From Raillietiella orientalis (taxonomy: Eukaryota), in NCBI GenBank assembly GCA_036172245.1, contig JAYWIR010000055.1:248001-312000 (forward strand): 64,000 nucleotides of DNA. Direction: 5' to 3'. This document shows, piece by piece, positions 27,501-47,229 of the stretch. The translations under genes were made by a program, and so were the position numbers. A model generated the notes under the pieces. That model saw only the letters and a list, made by a program, of their open reading frames with translations. It did not search any database and was not told the origin of the DNA. Within the stretch, counting starts at the first letter, position 1. Each line of letters starts with the position of its first letter.

Positions 27501-30500
27501 TACGAAGGGAGCAAGCATTCCGGCATAAATTTTCAAAGTCTGCATGTCTGGCGAGAGTTATAATGCATTGGACGGGAATCCTTCTGTAACGGTTCCAGAA
27601 GGAATGTCTCCGAGACTCCATGAAACTCATGAAATGTTTCACGAAGAGGTAAGGAGGAGAAGGAAGGAAGGAGCATCGTGGCGGCACACGTAACACCGAT
27701 ATTCCGAAGGTTTCCAGCGGTCACGAACGTTGGTGTGACGAGGGGGACCGGTCGAAGCTTCCCCCGGCAACCCATGAGCCAAATGGACTCATGAGCCGGT
27801 CGGACACCGGATCGCAGCGCCCAGCCTCTCCGCCGAGAGGCATCACCGGTGCGACACATACGTGTGGATTTTTTCCTCTCCTTCCCACGCCGAAGGACAG
27901 TTTGCTGCTCTGCCCCTTCGCAAAACCGATTCCGATCCACTCCGGGCAACCGTCACACCACACAACTATTCTTAGCATCGAAATTCGGAAGGGAATCGCG
28001 ATCCACGCAGCAAGAGGAAAGCTTCTTCCCACTGTTGTTTATGTTGGCTGTACTGAAATGAAAAGCTTAAAGCAAATCCTGGGCAGGCACTCCCGGGAGC
28101 TACGATAGCTCGCGCGTAACAGCCAGACGTAGGCGACCAAGAAGTACTCCCCGTAAAAAGGACACCAAAGTAGAAAGGTACTCACAGATGACTTGCGCGC
28201 GGAAAGACAGGAGTGGAAAAACCAACGTGGGGATACGGGAACGCCTGCCTGCGATTTGGCGCCACGGTAGCGGGTTCCGTACTGCGGCGCCAATAAGCTG
28301 ACATTCTAGCCAAGGCAGCGCTGATTGCGCGTGCGTGCTAGAAGAGCTCGAACCCCGCTGCACTCGAGAACGTGGGGGAAGGAAACGGGGGAGGAGGGGA
28401 GAAGAGCGCTTCCGCCCCAACACCGTCGGATCGTTGTCTTCCCCGGACAGCTCGCAGGAGTCAGATTCGCTCCCGGCTCGCGACGGACCGAGGTCAGGTT
28501 CGTCGTTGCGGATCGCCCCCCGTCGACGTCGTTCGCACTGCAACCGCACGCACTTCTTCGGTCCACTCGCTCGGCGACCTCGGTATCTGTCGATGCCGAT
28601 CCTGCATCCTGTGAAGCTTCGGACTTGAGGGCGTAGGAAGAAAAAGGGAAGGTGGCTTGACCTCGCGGTCAGGGAAGCAGAGGCATCCTCCACGCACTTG
28701 CTTGAAGCTCCGCAGTACCAGAGCGGGATCAGGGGACCCCGCTTCTCCCCGCAGAGGACGAGTCGCCCTTTTCCCCAAGCGCGACTCGGCTCCTCATTTT
28801 CGGAGGAGGCGGCGGCCCAGCCTCGAAGATCTCCAGGAGGGGAAGAAGGAGCCTGGAGCATGCGCGCCCGCAGATCGCTGCGCCTTTCCGAGAGGACGCC
28901 ATCGCGCGGGACGAGCGTGCGCCCGGACGGCTCTTTTCCTCCTGGAGAGAGTCAACTAGGGGAGAATGAGGCAGTCTCCCCCCCCCTCTCAGGCCCATGA
29001 AGACCATCCCAGTAGGTCAGCACACTCATCTCTCTCTGGCCCCTGCTGGGGAGGATTTATTCCGCGAAGTCGGGCGGCTGTGAAGCGGAGAAGAATGTCG
29101 GAGACGCAGCGCCACGATAGCACTTTTGCCCTGGGGTCCGCTTCGGCCCCTGGTCATCCACCTGCCTCGGGGTTCATCTCGTACAGCAGCTTTTCATTCT
29201 TCCTCCCCCCCCCCTCCTTTTCCTCAGTTTTTCTGGAGCGCCGGTGCGAGGTTCTCGGTCCCTGACGTGGGAGAATCGTCAACCCGTGGGAACACTGGCA
29301 CCTGCGAGGGCGTCCGCTCCGCTCTGGAACCGTCTCCAAAGAATAGGAGGAGACCGCACGGCTTCCTGGCGACACGAACGGCTGACCCGCAGCTCGCGAC
29401 GATGACCCGGTCCGCAGCCCGAGGCGCTCTTGCGTCCGAATTTCCGCGTCTCCATGGATGAAAGGCAGCTCCCCTTCGTAGCTTCGTGGTCCATGCCGCG
29501 CGCTTCATCACCTCTCCCTCATCGAGAGTGCCCGTCAGCCTGGAGCAACTCGCAGCAGCAGTTGTTCCTGTGGCTGCCAGCCTCAGCCTTGCTTATCCGC
29601 TGCTTCACGGAGGTGGTAGGAGGGCGTTTCATCCTCCCTTCCCCTTTTGTCTTTCCTCTCGAATGCTATCTGAGAGCTGCGATCTGGCCGGCAGCTCGAA
29701 GGCACCGAGTCGGCGGGGCGATGGGAGAATTCGGCGAGTCCCTCAGGAACGGCAGACGCACACTGGACAGCTTGGAGATCGGGCGCCTTCCGTAGGTCCT
29801 TGGCACCACCGCTGCGTTTATGCAGAGCTGCGTTCGCCGCAGAAGCGCCCTGGCCGCTTGCGAAAGGCGTCCCTTACCGCGCCTGCCAGATCTCTTGCTC
29901 CCGCTGAGGATGCTGCATTCTGATCAGATCGCAATCAGTTCTGCCTTTCCGCCGGATTCTCAGATCACAAGAAACTCGAGATGCAAAGGCCCTTCTCTCC
30001 AAGATCTCCTCGCATCCCACGAAGCCATTCCGTAAGCCGCGGTCTGCCCGGTGAACGCCAGAACTGCCTTTCCCACATTTGAGTCTTTCATTGCCCCCCT
30101 TCTTTCCTTTGCCTTTCCACTCTTGATCATTCCGTGCATCCTTCTCTTGAATGCTTAAACTTCCTTCGTCGGCAAGCCAGTCACCTGGCCTGATTGCATC
30201 CTGGAAGCATCCACCTTTTAATAGGCACTTTCCAGAAATTTCTTCCGGTGTTGACTTTCATTACCTGCATTTTAGGGTATTCCACTGGATCTTCTAGCGG
30301 ACCTCGGAACGAGCAGCATTCTCCACCACGCAACGAGAACCAATAACCCAGTTCGCTATGGAAACCGGATCAATCCATGGCAACAAGGCGCAGATCGAGG
30401 ATGGCTCTTCCAGCTCCACCGCGATGGCGTCGGAGGTGACTCGAAAAACTTTAGCGGGAAAAAAGACCGTGATGCAGCGATCGAGGAGAGGTGCATCTTT

Positions 30501-31449
30501 GAGCGGAAATCGAGCAGAGATCGCGATACTCTCCAATGCCCAGCGCAAGAAAGACCGCGTCTGTCCTCAAGGATACATCGTTTGAGAATGCTCGCTTGAC
30601 AGGTACGTCGCTAACCAACTGCATGGCAGGGGAAGAACAATATGTATATATACATATATGCTCTTAATTCGTATACACGCATTTCATAGGCTGCGTTCAC
30701 TGAAGTCAACTTCCTCTAAAGGCCCATGTAACCTACATCCCTACCAACAAGGGAAACATTCGTTCAACGGTACCTCGCTGCGTTTGGGATCAGTTTGAAA
30801 CGACGCACACAGACAGATCAGGGAACACGCAGTGCCCTTGCAGTGCCTTGCAGAGAACGACTAGGAGCCTTCTGACTAAAGTACCTCTGGCGATAAGTTT
30901 GATACTGAAGCACCTGTACTAGAGCACTCTGGAGTGTAGCCTCGAAACTTTCCCACCTTTCGGATGTGTTTCGTATGTAGTAGGTTAATACAAAACACAT
31001 CTGATCGGAGGGGCGAGCATAACACGAACCTGAGAGATTTTTACTGCTGTAGTGGCAGGCCACACTACGTCCTCGAAACCACTTTATGGAAGTAAGGCGT
31101 CAAGTGTTGATACATCCGAAAATCATCTTCTTGTTTTCATTACTCCACTCCTGCTCCATCGAAAAGCATGCATGAGATGAGTACTCGGGACAACAGACCT
31201 ACAACAAAATGCGGTTTCACACTGCAGGGAGGCTCACCTCCTCCCGAGAACAGGTCGCGTCACTTACAATCCCTTGTGGCATGGACTTCTGCAAGAAGTG
31301 GAGAATGGAGTACTGTTTCAAAAATGAACGACTCCCGTTTCCTGGACCTAGTGGACGCTTTGTGGAGTCGACCAGATTCTTCTTAATTAGAAATCACCGT
31401 GACACCAAGCGCAATTGAAAAGCACAAGATTACTTCTCTGACATCAAAA

Positions 31450-32100
31450 ACTGAACACGAAAATTTCCTGAAAACTCTCTGGTCACTCAGACGTGCTGGA
31501 CAAAGGCTTTATGCTTTAATTACAATAGTTCTCAATACATTCATTCACAAGGAACTGTCCCACAATGTAAAAATACTTGGGAAGGTTCCCTGTGATACCG
31601 TCATTGCACTTGTATATAAAGATCATTTCTTTCCATGGCAAATATTCCTTCATTCCAAGAATTTTTTCAGTGATCGAGGACATCTAATTCTCACCTTTTC
31701 TTGTTTGTGGAGAAACTGATGAAAAAAGGAGCATCCGAGTAAGATTTCGAGAGTAATTATCAAGTTTGCATGGAGTTTTGCAAATCCCTTGTCTATCTAA
31801 GGGTGCTAGGGATGGATGTATAATAAAAAAATGGAACTTACATAATGAGAGCATTTTAGGTAGGCAATTAATAAAACGAGTTCTCATCAAGTTTCAGGAG
31901 GATAATATAATAATAAAAAAACATTTGGTAAAAGAACAAATTCATCAATATGTAAACAGATTGTCGTAATTCAAAATCTTACAATGAAAACTGAAAGAAT
32001 TAAGGGAGCAAGAATCCTGAATAAGAAGAATGACAAATATATAAACAATGTATTTTATAAACACAAGCTCCCTGCTTCCAGCTTTCGTAAACAGGGATGC
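31450..32100 (+). mobile_element. Highly decayed L1-like ORF2 relic (end of the APE endonuclease and linker)
   Basis: Ordered remnants FSDRGHLILTF (SDH-like), KWNLHNESIL (WKLNxSLL-like) and IKGARI (KGARIRS-like), in different frames. Confidence 0.4.
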
Positions 32101-33948
32101 TTCTGGTGTTTGTGGTTCCCCAATCTTATTTGCCAAGCACTAACTTCAACTAGAGAGCAATCAGGATTTTCATTCAGCCTCATTTTAAGATAATTTTCAT
32201 TTTAATTCAACCTACTTCAATTAATAGCTCTTTTAGCTCATTTCTCTGAGAAATGCTTTGCGTGTGATTGGGATTGAGACTGCTGAATAAGATAGTATTT
32301 CCAGATAGTATATAAAATTCTTTTTTCCTTTTCGAGGTTTTATCTAGTACGACGCTGATTTCTGAACTTGTATTTCTTATTTTGTTTTTACATTTGAATT
32401 AGTTTATTAGAGATTGTTTGTAACTGTGATTTCATCTGAAGTATGACTCGTCTTCTTCAATCGGAGGATACTATCGAATACTATCGAATTTTAGTGTGGA
32501 TTTCACGAAAGAGGCTTCGTGTGTGTTTTATGTATTAATGCTAACGAAGTTTGATAAAAATCACATGTTATGGATTTTAAGACCGAAGTACAGTAAATGA
32601 GTACGATAATCCTAAGGGTTCTCTTTGTTTTAATGTTATCTGAATAAGTCGTTTGTTGATTAACTGTTATCTTCAAATGATATCTTCAAATTTCCCGGTA
32701 CTTCCCAGATATATAATAGTGGCAGTTCTTAGGTAGTTTAGGTCAGTAACAAAGTACCTTATTAATTCAAAATGAGTCAACGAACTTGGAGATAAAGAAA
32801 TTAGGAATGTATATAGAGAATATAGAGTACTTTTTAGATAATTTTAAGAATGAAGCCTTCAGTCATGAGGAGTTTTCACTTCAGCTATGAATATCGGGTC
32901 ATATATTCACATGCAAAATGAATAATTTTGTTGGCAACCATGTTTCTTTTTGTCTGTTTTTCTTGTTTAGAGGTGGGTAGGATGTCAAGTGCAAGTTATA
33001 ATGTTCCCCTCCTCCTCCCCCCCTCCTTCTGTAAGAAATTTGTGTTAAGTAACTTTCCCTCTACCTTCCCCAAAAACAGTCTTTGATGGAGTTTATGATT
33101 TCAAATGAATCATTACGTAAGAAATTTGTTGTGTTGCATTCTTCGAGCATTTTTATCTATTTCATGGAATTACTGGGAATTCATTAAATTAAGGGTTCTT
33201 GAAAATTACTAAATGGCTAAAAATCTGTTTGGTACTGTCATCCGATAAATAGACATTCTTAGATATTGTTTTATCCGTTCACAAATGCAGCTATAGTACA
33301 GGGAATTGGAAGAAAATATAAATATATCCCGTATGCATTTTTGTGTATTTTAAATTGAGTGTAATTTCATCATTTAGCCCCTTTTTATTTGGCGGAACTG
33401 GTTAACTTACACAATTACAATTAGTTGTGGTCATGAGTAAATCTTACTCCTTTTGTTCAGTCTTTCTAAAAGTTGAGCAGATAATATACATTGACTATAG
33501 AGCAAAGTTTGTTGTATCTTGAAGAAACAACATTCTTCAAGTTTAATTGAAGTATTACTTTTTACGTTTGGAGTTAAGAATACCTCTGAAATCGAAATCT
33601 GCACGGAGTAAGTATCGATATCGCAACTACTAACTTATTATGGTTTTTAAGCCTGGAGTATATCAACACAAATAAACAGAAACTTATATTTTACTCAGTA
33701 TGCTCTGTGAGTTCTGTTAGTACAGTGGTATTTTGATTCTGTGAAATATTCTTTTGCAAAACTATATTATGTATTTTTCTTTTCAGTATTTTCGATATGC
33801 AGTGAATATAAATTGAGAATTATAGTGTATCTTAAATTCCAATTAGAGCTTATTATACTTAAGTTATATTTTCATAATGTATTATAGTTTTTCATAAAAA
33901 TTTTATCTCTGCAAATGCGACTGAAAGCTCCATAATAAATCATGACAA

Positions 33949-39339
<5,391 letters not shown>

Positions 39340-39410
39340 CAGGTGTCTTTGAAGTACAAAGTGCATGACCAATGCAGACTGTCTTCTGTACACTGCCTTA
39401 TTATCCTGCC

Positions 39411-39416
39411 AATAAA
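39411..39416 (+). terminator. Candidate PTEN polyadenylation signal
   Basis: AATAAA about 70 nt after the stop codon. Confidence 0.5.
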
Positions 39417-41649
39417 AACTCAATTTTGGCAGTGTATGCACCATGAAGCTATCAGCGTATGTATTTGTCATAACCTGTAGTGCTGATCAAAGGAGAACTT
39501 TGTTGGTGGAATTTAGCAAAGCATAATGACGGTTGTTTGCCATAATAACTAAACGCCATCAGTGGACTGTTGAAGTGTTGCAAAAATTTATAAAGGAAGT
39601 ATACTACATGAAAGAATGTGTTGCGATAAATGCAAATGTGAGCTTCACAATTCAATGGAGAATGAATACATTTATCTGAATTCTTGCTGTGTTTTTCCCA
39701 TCAGATTATATTAGAAAATAAATAATATTAATATATCACATTTCAATTACTCGTGTTTGTTTCAAGGCTGTCCATGTCGAAGAAGTTCTCTGCTTAGCAG
39801 GGATTTCCATTCGAAATTCCCAGCGTGGCACCCTGGACAAGACAGTGGGATCACCTGTGTACGACACACGAAATTTTCATTTTGCGTCCGTGCAAATCAA
39901 GTTCTGGAATACATCAGTCTCTGACACTTTACGGCGTGAAATTTCGATCGCGGACTAGAAAAATGAATCTTATGGCAAGCTAGTTGAGTTGGCAAAAGCA
40001 TAACCCCAGGAACACAACACGAATGCAAGCAGCAAGAGACGTGTGATAGCACGTACGCATGTGTTCCCCATAAGATTACGCGGTGGTTCACCGAGCCGAC
40101 GGCTTTTCCCTTTATGGCTGCTTCTCGGGGGTTTCCAGAAAGCAATTTGCTTCCGGTATCTTTAGAAGGAGGGGAAGCTGTGTGCGGAAAGCCGGATGAG
40201 TTTGCATCTCTTTTAAGCTTTCTTAGTTCCCTACTTCCCTCATTGAACGTGACGTGACGTGAAGTCGAAATGGTTCCGATTGCACGAACCACCCCGATTC
40301 AGAAATTATGGTTTCAAAACTTCCCTTCAAATTTTTCTTTTTCTTTTTTGTCTTCTTTGCTGATCCTTTCTGAGAATTACTGATTCCTTCCGGAAAAATA
40401 AAATAAAATAAAGCGTTTCCGTGCATAACACAACACTCCCAGCTTCTCAGGGGTCACGACGAATCACAGAGTTCAGCACCGTTTTGCGATTCGAAAGTTG
40501 CAAAGAAGGTCTTCCACAGCAGGACGCAAGATCTATATCCTGCAGATTCGTGTAGCAAGGGGCAGTGCAGCCGGAGCTTTCCTATGGAGACCTCATGGTT
40601 TCCTGGAGTCGGACTGCATCAGAAGTCGTGGTCGGCCGCCCCCTTTCTTGAAGAATGCCTGTCCATTTTTCTTATCTTGGGTCAGTTTCCGACGTGGGTC
40701 GAGATTTTATGCTGCTGAAACGGTTTCGTTCATAATTTGGCATTTCGCTTTTCCTAACGACGCGAATGCCCGAAGGTTTTTTGGATGCCGAGAGAGGAAA
40801 CTCTGCACGGCTGCCGGGCTTTCCTCCGGACCTTCTTCCTTCTTGGTGAAGAATCTGCACGGCTTTTTGACTCCCACGACGTCCTCGCCACGAGAAGTCC
40901 CCCCTCGTACTGCTGTTCCGTCCGATTTCCACGATGGGATGAGCCTTTGGAGAGGGAACCGAACCCGCTCTGTAAAAAAACGTCGCCAGGCTTCACGGGT
41001 GACACACATCCTGGAAATCCATCCCGAAGGCGTAGGCCATCATCCGAAGCGAAGGACCGAAAAGAACGACAACTGCAAGTCAAGGGTCGGTTCAATGGAT
41101 GACCGTTTTGATTAGTGGACTCGTGCAGCTGGCATGAGACCTTTTCGTTTCTCGTGAGGCTTCTTGACCAAAATGAATTCATTTGATTAATGAGCCGTGG
41201 TCAAGTGTTGGCATCGCATCTGTGAATCGACTCGATGCAAATGTGGATCTTTGCTTCATTTCTGTTGTTCGTTATACTACTTTTGCTAAAGAGGAGAGAA
41301 AAAATAGAGCTCTTGTAACAGTACGTACTTTTCATTTACGAGGCGTTTCTATGGAAATTCCCTTCGGAGAGTACATCTGTCACTTTGGACTGTTGGTGTC
41401 TAACGCTGTGCACATTTGAGAGTTCAACGAAACATCAATGCTCTGCAGGGAATTATTTTATTCCTTCATCATTACAGCCAATGTTTTAATCCGAAGCCGA
41501 GACGAGATGGTCGTGTTATCGCTCCCGACGATGAGGCCTTATGTCCCCGAAGCGAGTAGCACTGCAGCCTCAGAGGTTTTGTTCAAACAGCACGTCAGCA
41601 AGTTCGGCCCACATCAGAATAACCAAAGCCTTCATTCTGTAATTCATGT

Positions 41650-43280
41650 CTCCCATCCTGGTCACCATCACCATTTTGTGTGGGAAAGAGAACGTTCCGG
41701 GTCGCAAGCGCGTGGGCGAGGATTTCAACGTGGACTTGTCAAAATGCATTGTGGCAAAAACTCAATGTTCAAAGATACGGAAACGGATTCAGAAAGATCA
41801 ACAGAAGTTCCACAACCTGGCAACCAGATTGCTGCTTCAACATTGTATTCTCGGAGGCATGCCGCTGAACGGAAAGTGGACGCACTTATCAGCCACAGCT
41901 AGTCCGCCTAGATGCAGAAGACATCCGGCCACTCACGAAGAAACCACAGCAGAACTATGAAATCATCGCTCTCGTCTCCAAGCACACAGCAGCCAACATG
42001 ATGCATCAAGTGACCGACTCGACAACTTGTGTCTCACCAACCCAGATTTCAGCCAGTTTCGCGAACCTTCCCTTTCCGGAAGATGCCTTCTGCTTAGCAT
42101 ACGCACTGTACACCCCTCAAGTGTACAACAGCCAGCCTCAGCACACAAGATCGACCACATCTTCGGTCCATCCTGTGATCTGGCTCCGCATATACTCTGA
42201 GAGGCCGAAGGAGAACGTTGTCGTTGTCTCTACGGACACATCTCAGCAGTCGTTTGCCTCCTTGTTAGGGACATTCGCGCTGGAAGGCAATATTTCTGAA
42301 GGCATGTTTAGCTGGGAGCCGAAGGCTAGAGAAAAAACACAACTAGGAGTGGGACTTTCCACCTGGTTGTCCGTGGAACACAGTGTTGCTGTTTGTGAGT
42401 GAATTTACTAAACAGGACCGCCTAGAAAACCATCGAGTGCAGCAGCATCAGTAGCTGGAGCTAACGAGCACGTTCTGCAGCCCTGCCGAGTGAAATGGCG
42501 CTCCCGAAACGGCGCCGTTGACCGCGACAAAAAGTGCGTGCCATGACACTGAGAGTCCTGAAGCAGTTTTCCGCTGGTAAGCTTGGCACACGAAACCCAG
42601 AGTAGAGCCAACTTCTCCTCGAGGGCAGATCCATATGTGTCGCAACAAGGAACGTGACCAACTGCACTATGTTTTCATGAGGGGCTGCCCGAAACCCGGT
42701 TTCTGACGAATGCAGACGTTGAACTGTGTTGTCCTTTGGCTTGCAGCAATGTAGAAACACATTGTACTGCTGTCGGGGAACACCCCTGATGGAGGAACTT
42801 TTTTTCCAGGCAGCAACAGTCAGTTTCTCCCTGTGATGACTTTGAGGACCGTCCTTCGAGTATTGTGACGGGAATGCTGAGATTCCGCCGTTGCCCGAGC
42901 ACGTGATCTCTTGCAAAAGGATTCCTCTTTCAGAAAAGGTGCCCATTTCTTTTTTTTTTTGTCTACCTTCTTCGGCGTTTCGTGTACGATTGCTACGGCT
43001 AAGTTCATCAAACGCTCTTCTGTATCCGCACTCTTCATCACGATATTCTCGATTTCCATGCAATGCTTTGGAGTGCACGGGTAGGCGGAGAAGCCTTCGG
43101 CAATCGCCATCGACCCGATGGTACGAAGCTCTTCATCACATGCACGGATGTCTCCTGGACACTACTGTAGACATAAAGGTGGTGCACATCGTGCTTAACC
43201 ACTACATGAAGTAGAACTGGCCACCGATGACAGGCATCCTTTTCCACACTTCAAGAAAATCGTGGGGAGGGCTCTACTCG
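41650..43280 (+). mobile_element. Possible very decayed non-LTR retrotransposon relic (APE endonuclease to RT thumb)
   Basis: GEDFNVDL (~41715), KIDHIFG (~42147) and ILFHTSRKSWGGL (~43236) occur in the expected order, but there is no intact RT core. Confidence 0.35.
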
Positions 43281-44581
43281 CAGGGAAGGAACGAGCTGAA
43301 GGGTGTTAGGAATGAATGGTTGCCCAGACCGAAAAGACCTGACGACACCACTTTTCCTCCCGCCTCCCCCATAGAGTTTCCGAATTGCCACGTTGCTGAC
43401 ATCCAGGAGCCAAAGATTTGCAACAACGTGCGCGCTTCCTCTCTTCTTTTCTCGTGTTCCACGATCGGAAATTCCCTATGAGATACTGAATGAGATCGTT
43501 TCCTTGCGGTGACTCGAGTTTTTTTGTTTCTCCTTTTCCGCGCAGTTCCCGTGCTCAACAAAACTCGGCGTTCCGAGTCACAAATCAAAGAATCGCGTCT
43601 TTCTAATGCCATCCCATGGATCTACATACTTAACAACCCCCGGGCGACTTCTGTAGCGTCCAGTCTTCCTGCCTTTCCCCGAATCCTTGAAACAACGGAA
43701 ACGGTATTTTCCTCGATACGAGGAAGGGATTTCGCCTGCCAATTGCCACATGGTTGCCCCTTCCTGGAGGGTGCACGTAAATTTTCAGTTTTCGAATACT
43801 CCCCATGAGATAATTAACGGTATTTCGATACCCTCTAATAATACACAACTTTTGATGAATTTCTCATAATGCGTTCCTGCTAATGCAGACCGACAACATG
43901 CCGCTTTTTCATTTCTCGTTCTCCTCTCATTTCTCCCCGAGGCATTTCTTCAATTAGCACAAGAAAGATTTTCCTCCTCTTTCGCTTCCTCCGTTGTTTC
44001 TGAGGAGTTTTTGTCGACTTGTACTCTGCGTGATGGTCGAGGAACACAATTGGATAGTTAAGGCGTGTTACTGCCACCTGTCAAAAATTTGTAACTTTTT
44101 TAATTGTAAAATTTCACTTCCTATTTATGACTTTGGATTCCACAAAGCAAAGGAAAGGTTCACATGAACGATTCTATCATTTGATGCAGTATGATCCAAG
44201 AGGTACAGAACACAGCAACAGGACCATGGATGGCTTATCATTTGTTCCAGGAAATGGACACAAGAATGTTTCAGCCGACTGGCAACGTGTGGCTTTGAAA
44301 CAAAGAGGCCCAAATAATGGGTATTTAAACACGAAATGCGAAGAATGCGAAATCTGCATCTATGCTTTATTTAATTTTCGTTCAATGCAGCCAGATGAAG
44401 AGATGAAGAATCCTTTAAAATTTCGGATACGAATTTGATAAGATTTTCTAGTTGGCAAATGATTTTTTCAACTGGCATGTTTATTTCATTAATTGTGTAT
44501 AACTCCCATCTGGAACCTGAACATCCCATCGGTGATGCAATTCTAAAAAGAATTGTTAACTGCATCATTACAATAACATGC

Positions 44582-46322
44582 TTACTGTAAGGCATGTTGA
44601 TTTTTGTGTGTCAATTCATATTCCTTACTTTGTTTGTAGGAACAATATGAAAAACAATCATTTTTTACGATTATCAAAGGCATGTCCTGAAGAGCACTGT
44701 CACAAGTAATTTGATTCACACAATCCCACTACACATGCTCAAATTTAGGATTTTAGTAATCACGTACAGACCTTGAACTGTGCAGCCTCTAGAGAAGGTG
44801 CTTTATAATGGAGCAAATTTCCAACTTCTTTGTTCACATAAACCATTGCTAACAGTTCTGGAAATGCATTTCCGCAAAGAAATGAAAAGCTTACTGGGGC
44901 CAAATGAGATATCAAGCACACAGATTCACATGCTCTTTGCAAAACTTCTACAATCTTTTCCTGATCTGACTCATGTATTTCCTCCATCTTCCCAATGAGT
45001 GAATGCAAATACTTTGAGAGAAGATTCAAGTTATAATTAATTTTGGAATGAGACTGTATGACATGATGACTCAAGAGTTTATCTGAAACTAAATCTTTCC
45101 AAACTCTTTTAAAATGCTGGTGTTCTATGTGGTATTTGGCCAAAGAACTCTGCAGCCAATTATAGCTGTCCTGCCAGAGAGAACCTAACTGTGGTTTACT
45201 GCCATCTGTAAAATGTGCTGTCAAGCAGCACAGATGAAGCAGTGCTGTAACTGGCTTGCAGAGTGCAGACAGTTTCTGTGAGATCAGAAGTACCAAACAT
45301 GACCCTGAGGCAAACTTATATATAAAGAGTAGCCAAGGAGTGCAGAGTCCACTTGAGGAGATCAAATGCCAGTTCAGTGCTATAGGATTGTTTGTTTTTT
45401 CACTACCATTTTTTTCAAAACTACAATCAAATTCATAAAAAACAACCGTACTAACAATGAATCATTACCATTTGTAAGCTTTCATAAGCAACATCAGCGG
45501 AGCATACATGTGACCATGAAAAACAGGTGCTGATGGGCTAAAAATGTTACAATTATTTTGCCAACTTTTCAACTTGGACAACCTGCCTAGAATAACAGCT
45601 AACTAATTGTTCAGCTTGAAACATAAATGCATGACATCCAGTTGTTTTCAGATCTGCTGACAAAGAAGTATACACAGCTTTCAACATATAAACAACTTTT
45701 TTTGTAATATCAGAATTCAGGATTAACTTAGGCACTGCCATAAATTCCATCAGGGCATTACAGGATACTCCTTCTGTCCATGTATGCAAGAGTTTACGCA
45801 TTAGTTGCTGCTTATCTTGACTTTTCAGTCTACAGAGGTTTATTGTTCTTTGATCTTTAACTGGGCAATTACCTTTGTAAGGAGGGTCCGCAGACAGACA
45901 ATGCCAAAATCAACAGAAACTTCCCGGCTTTACAATACGAGATATACCTTACATTTCCGGCCAACACAAGCACATATTCTGTGTACTATGTTATCAAAGA
46001 TTAGTAATAATACAAGACCACGGTAGTTCATTATGCAAATTCAATGTGTAATATAAAAAAACCGTTTCTTTTCGTTAACTTTCCAATTTACCTGCTGAAA
46101 AGCCAGGCTCACTCCATTTGTGCATTCTATCTCTCGATATGAATTGCCCAACTGGTTCATGATTTCGAAAGACGTTAGAAGAGGGGAAAACATGTGTACT
46201 AAAGCTACACCTGAACTAACCTTAAAAACAGCAATGATGCACACACTTTTGTATTTTTCATCATGTGAAATGCAAATAATCACCTCATTTTTTCCGAACC
46301 TTTTAGCAAGAAATGTCTTCAT
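44582..46322 (-). CDS. Uncharacterised multi-exon protein (~460 aa, Leu/Cys-rich, probably helical); both ends uncertain
   Basis: Exons 46322-46284, 46220-46092, 45985-45873, 45829-45587, 45537-45469, 45420-44772 and 44728-44582 join without stops across 43-106-nt introns, one of which is probably GC-AG. CpG-poor like the neighbouring genes. I recognise no family. Confidence 0.6.
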
Positions 46323-47229
46323 TTCTTCATCTTGAAGAACAAAAATGAGTTCATTGGAATGGGAGAAAATATAAACCCCCTGCATAAATGGCACTTTCAA
46401 ATGCAAAACACTCTCATCTCAAACTGAATTCCCTCAGAGGGCAACCGAGTGCTTGCAGCAGCAACGTGTGGCTCCGCTGGGGCCTTGGAGAGGCATTTCT
46501 TTTTTATCTGCTCCCCCGCCGACTCCCTTCTAAGCCGAATCCACCGTGGCGAGCAGCGGCAAATCCACTTCCTACTTCCACAACTTTTTTTCCCTGTCCA
46601 CTTACTTTCTGACCACCCCCAAACGACTAAAAGGCAAAAACGGTCGCCGCGGTGACCCCTGAGATGGCAACTTATGTGTGCACTGCCCTCTTTTCTTCCT
46701 GGCCCAGAAAGGGCAGCAAGAACGGGGGGGGGGGGGAAGGGTGAACAACGTGCTTTAAAAAAAAAAAAACAATCTGGAAACCTCTGGTACAGACAGAGAA
46801 CCAGAATACAAGTTGTAAGCACTTGTCTTCGGCAAGCACCAGCACTACTTATTATCCAGCCTCAAGAGCCAGCGTCCACTTAGCATTCAAGTCGCCGTGA
46901 AACAAAACTCAAGAGTGCCAGAAAATTCTGCAATATAGCTAGTTTACTCATTCACTCTAGAAAAGGACATGAATTAATTCAGCAGTTATTCGAAAAAAAG
47001 ATTCAACTCAGCTTGGAAACTAATGGGATCATATACATTCATTCAGATGCATTAGCAATTGCGGTACTCCTCGTCTAAAACAAATGAAAAATTCAAATCT
47101 GGGCCTGCATGTATTTTCCAAATTATCAATTTATCTTATTGAGAAATAGCCCACGGCTTCGTTCTATAGTAATTACTTCGTCTCGTTTCAGTTGCGCATC
47201 GCATCAATCTTCGAACCTTGCAAGTGGTA

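Noticed and set aside
4800..30600. Hundreds of overlapping ORFs up to 365 aa
   Set aside because: Expected from stop-codon scarcity at high GC. They are Arg/Pro/Gly-rich with no motifs, and several are antisense shadows of SLC34 exons.
4800..30600. Bacterial contamination or horizontal transfer
   Set aside because: The genes have spliceosomal introns and animal-type SLC34 sequences, and the same retroelement family occurs inside and outside the block.
40100..41115. 205-aa ORF or extra module B-like repeats
   Set aside because: The similarity is faint and not distinguishable from chance by eye.
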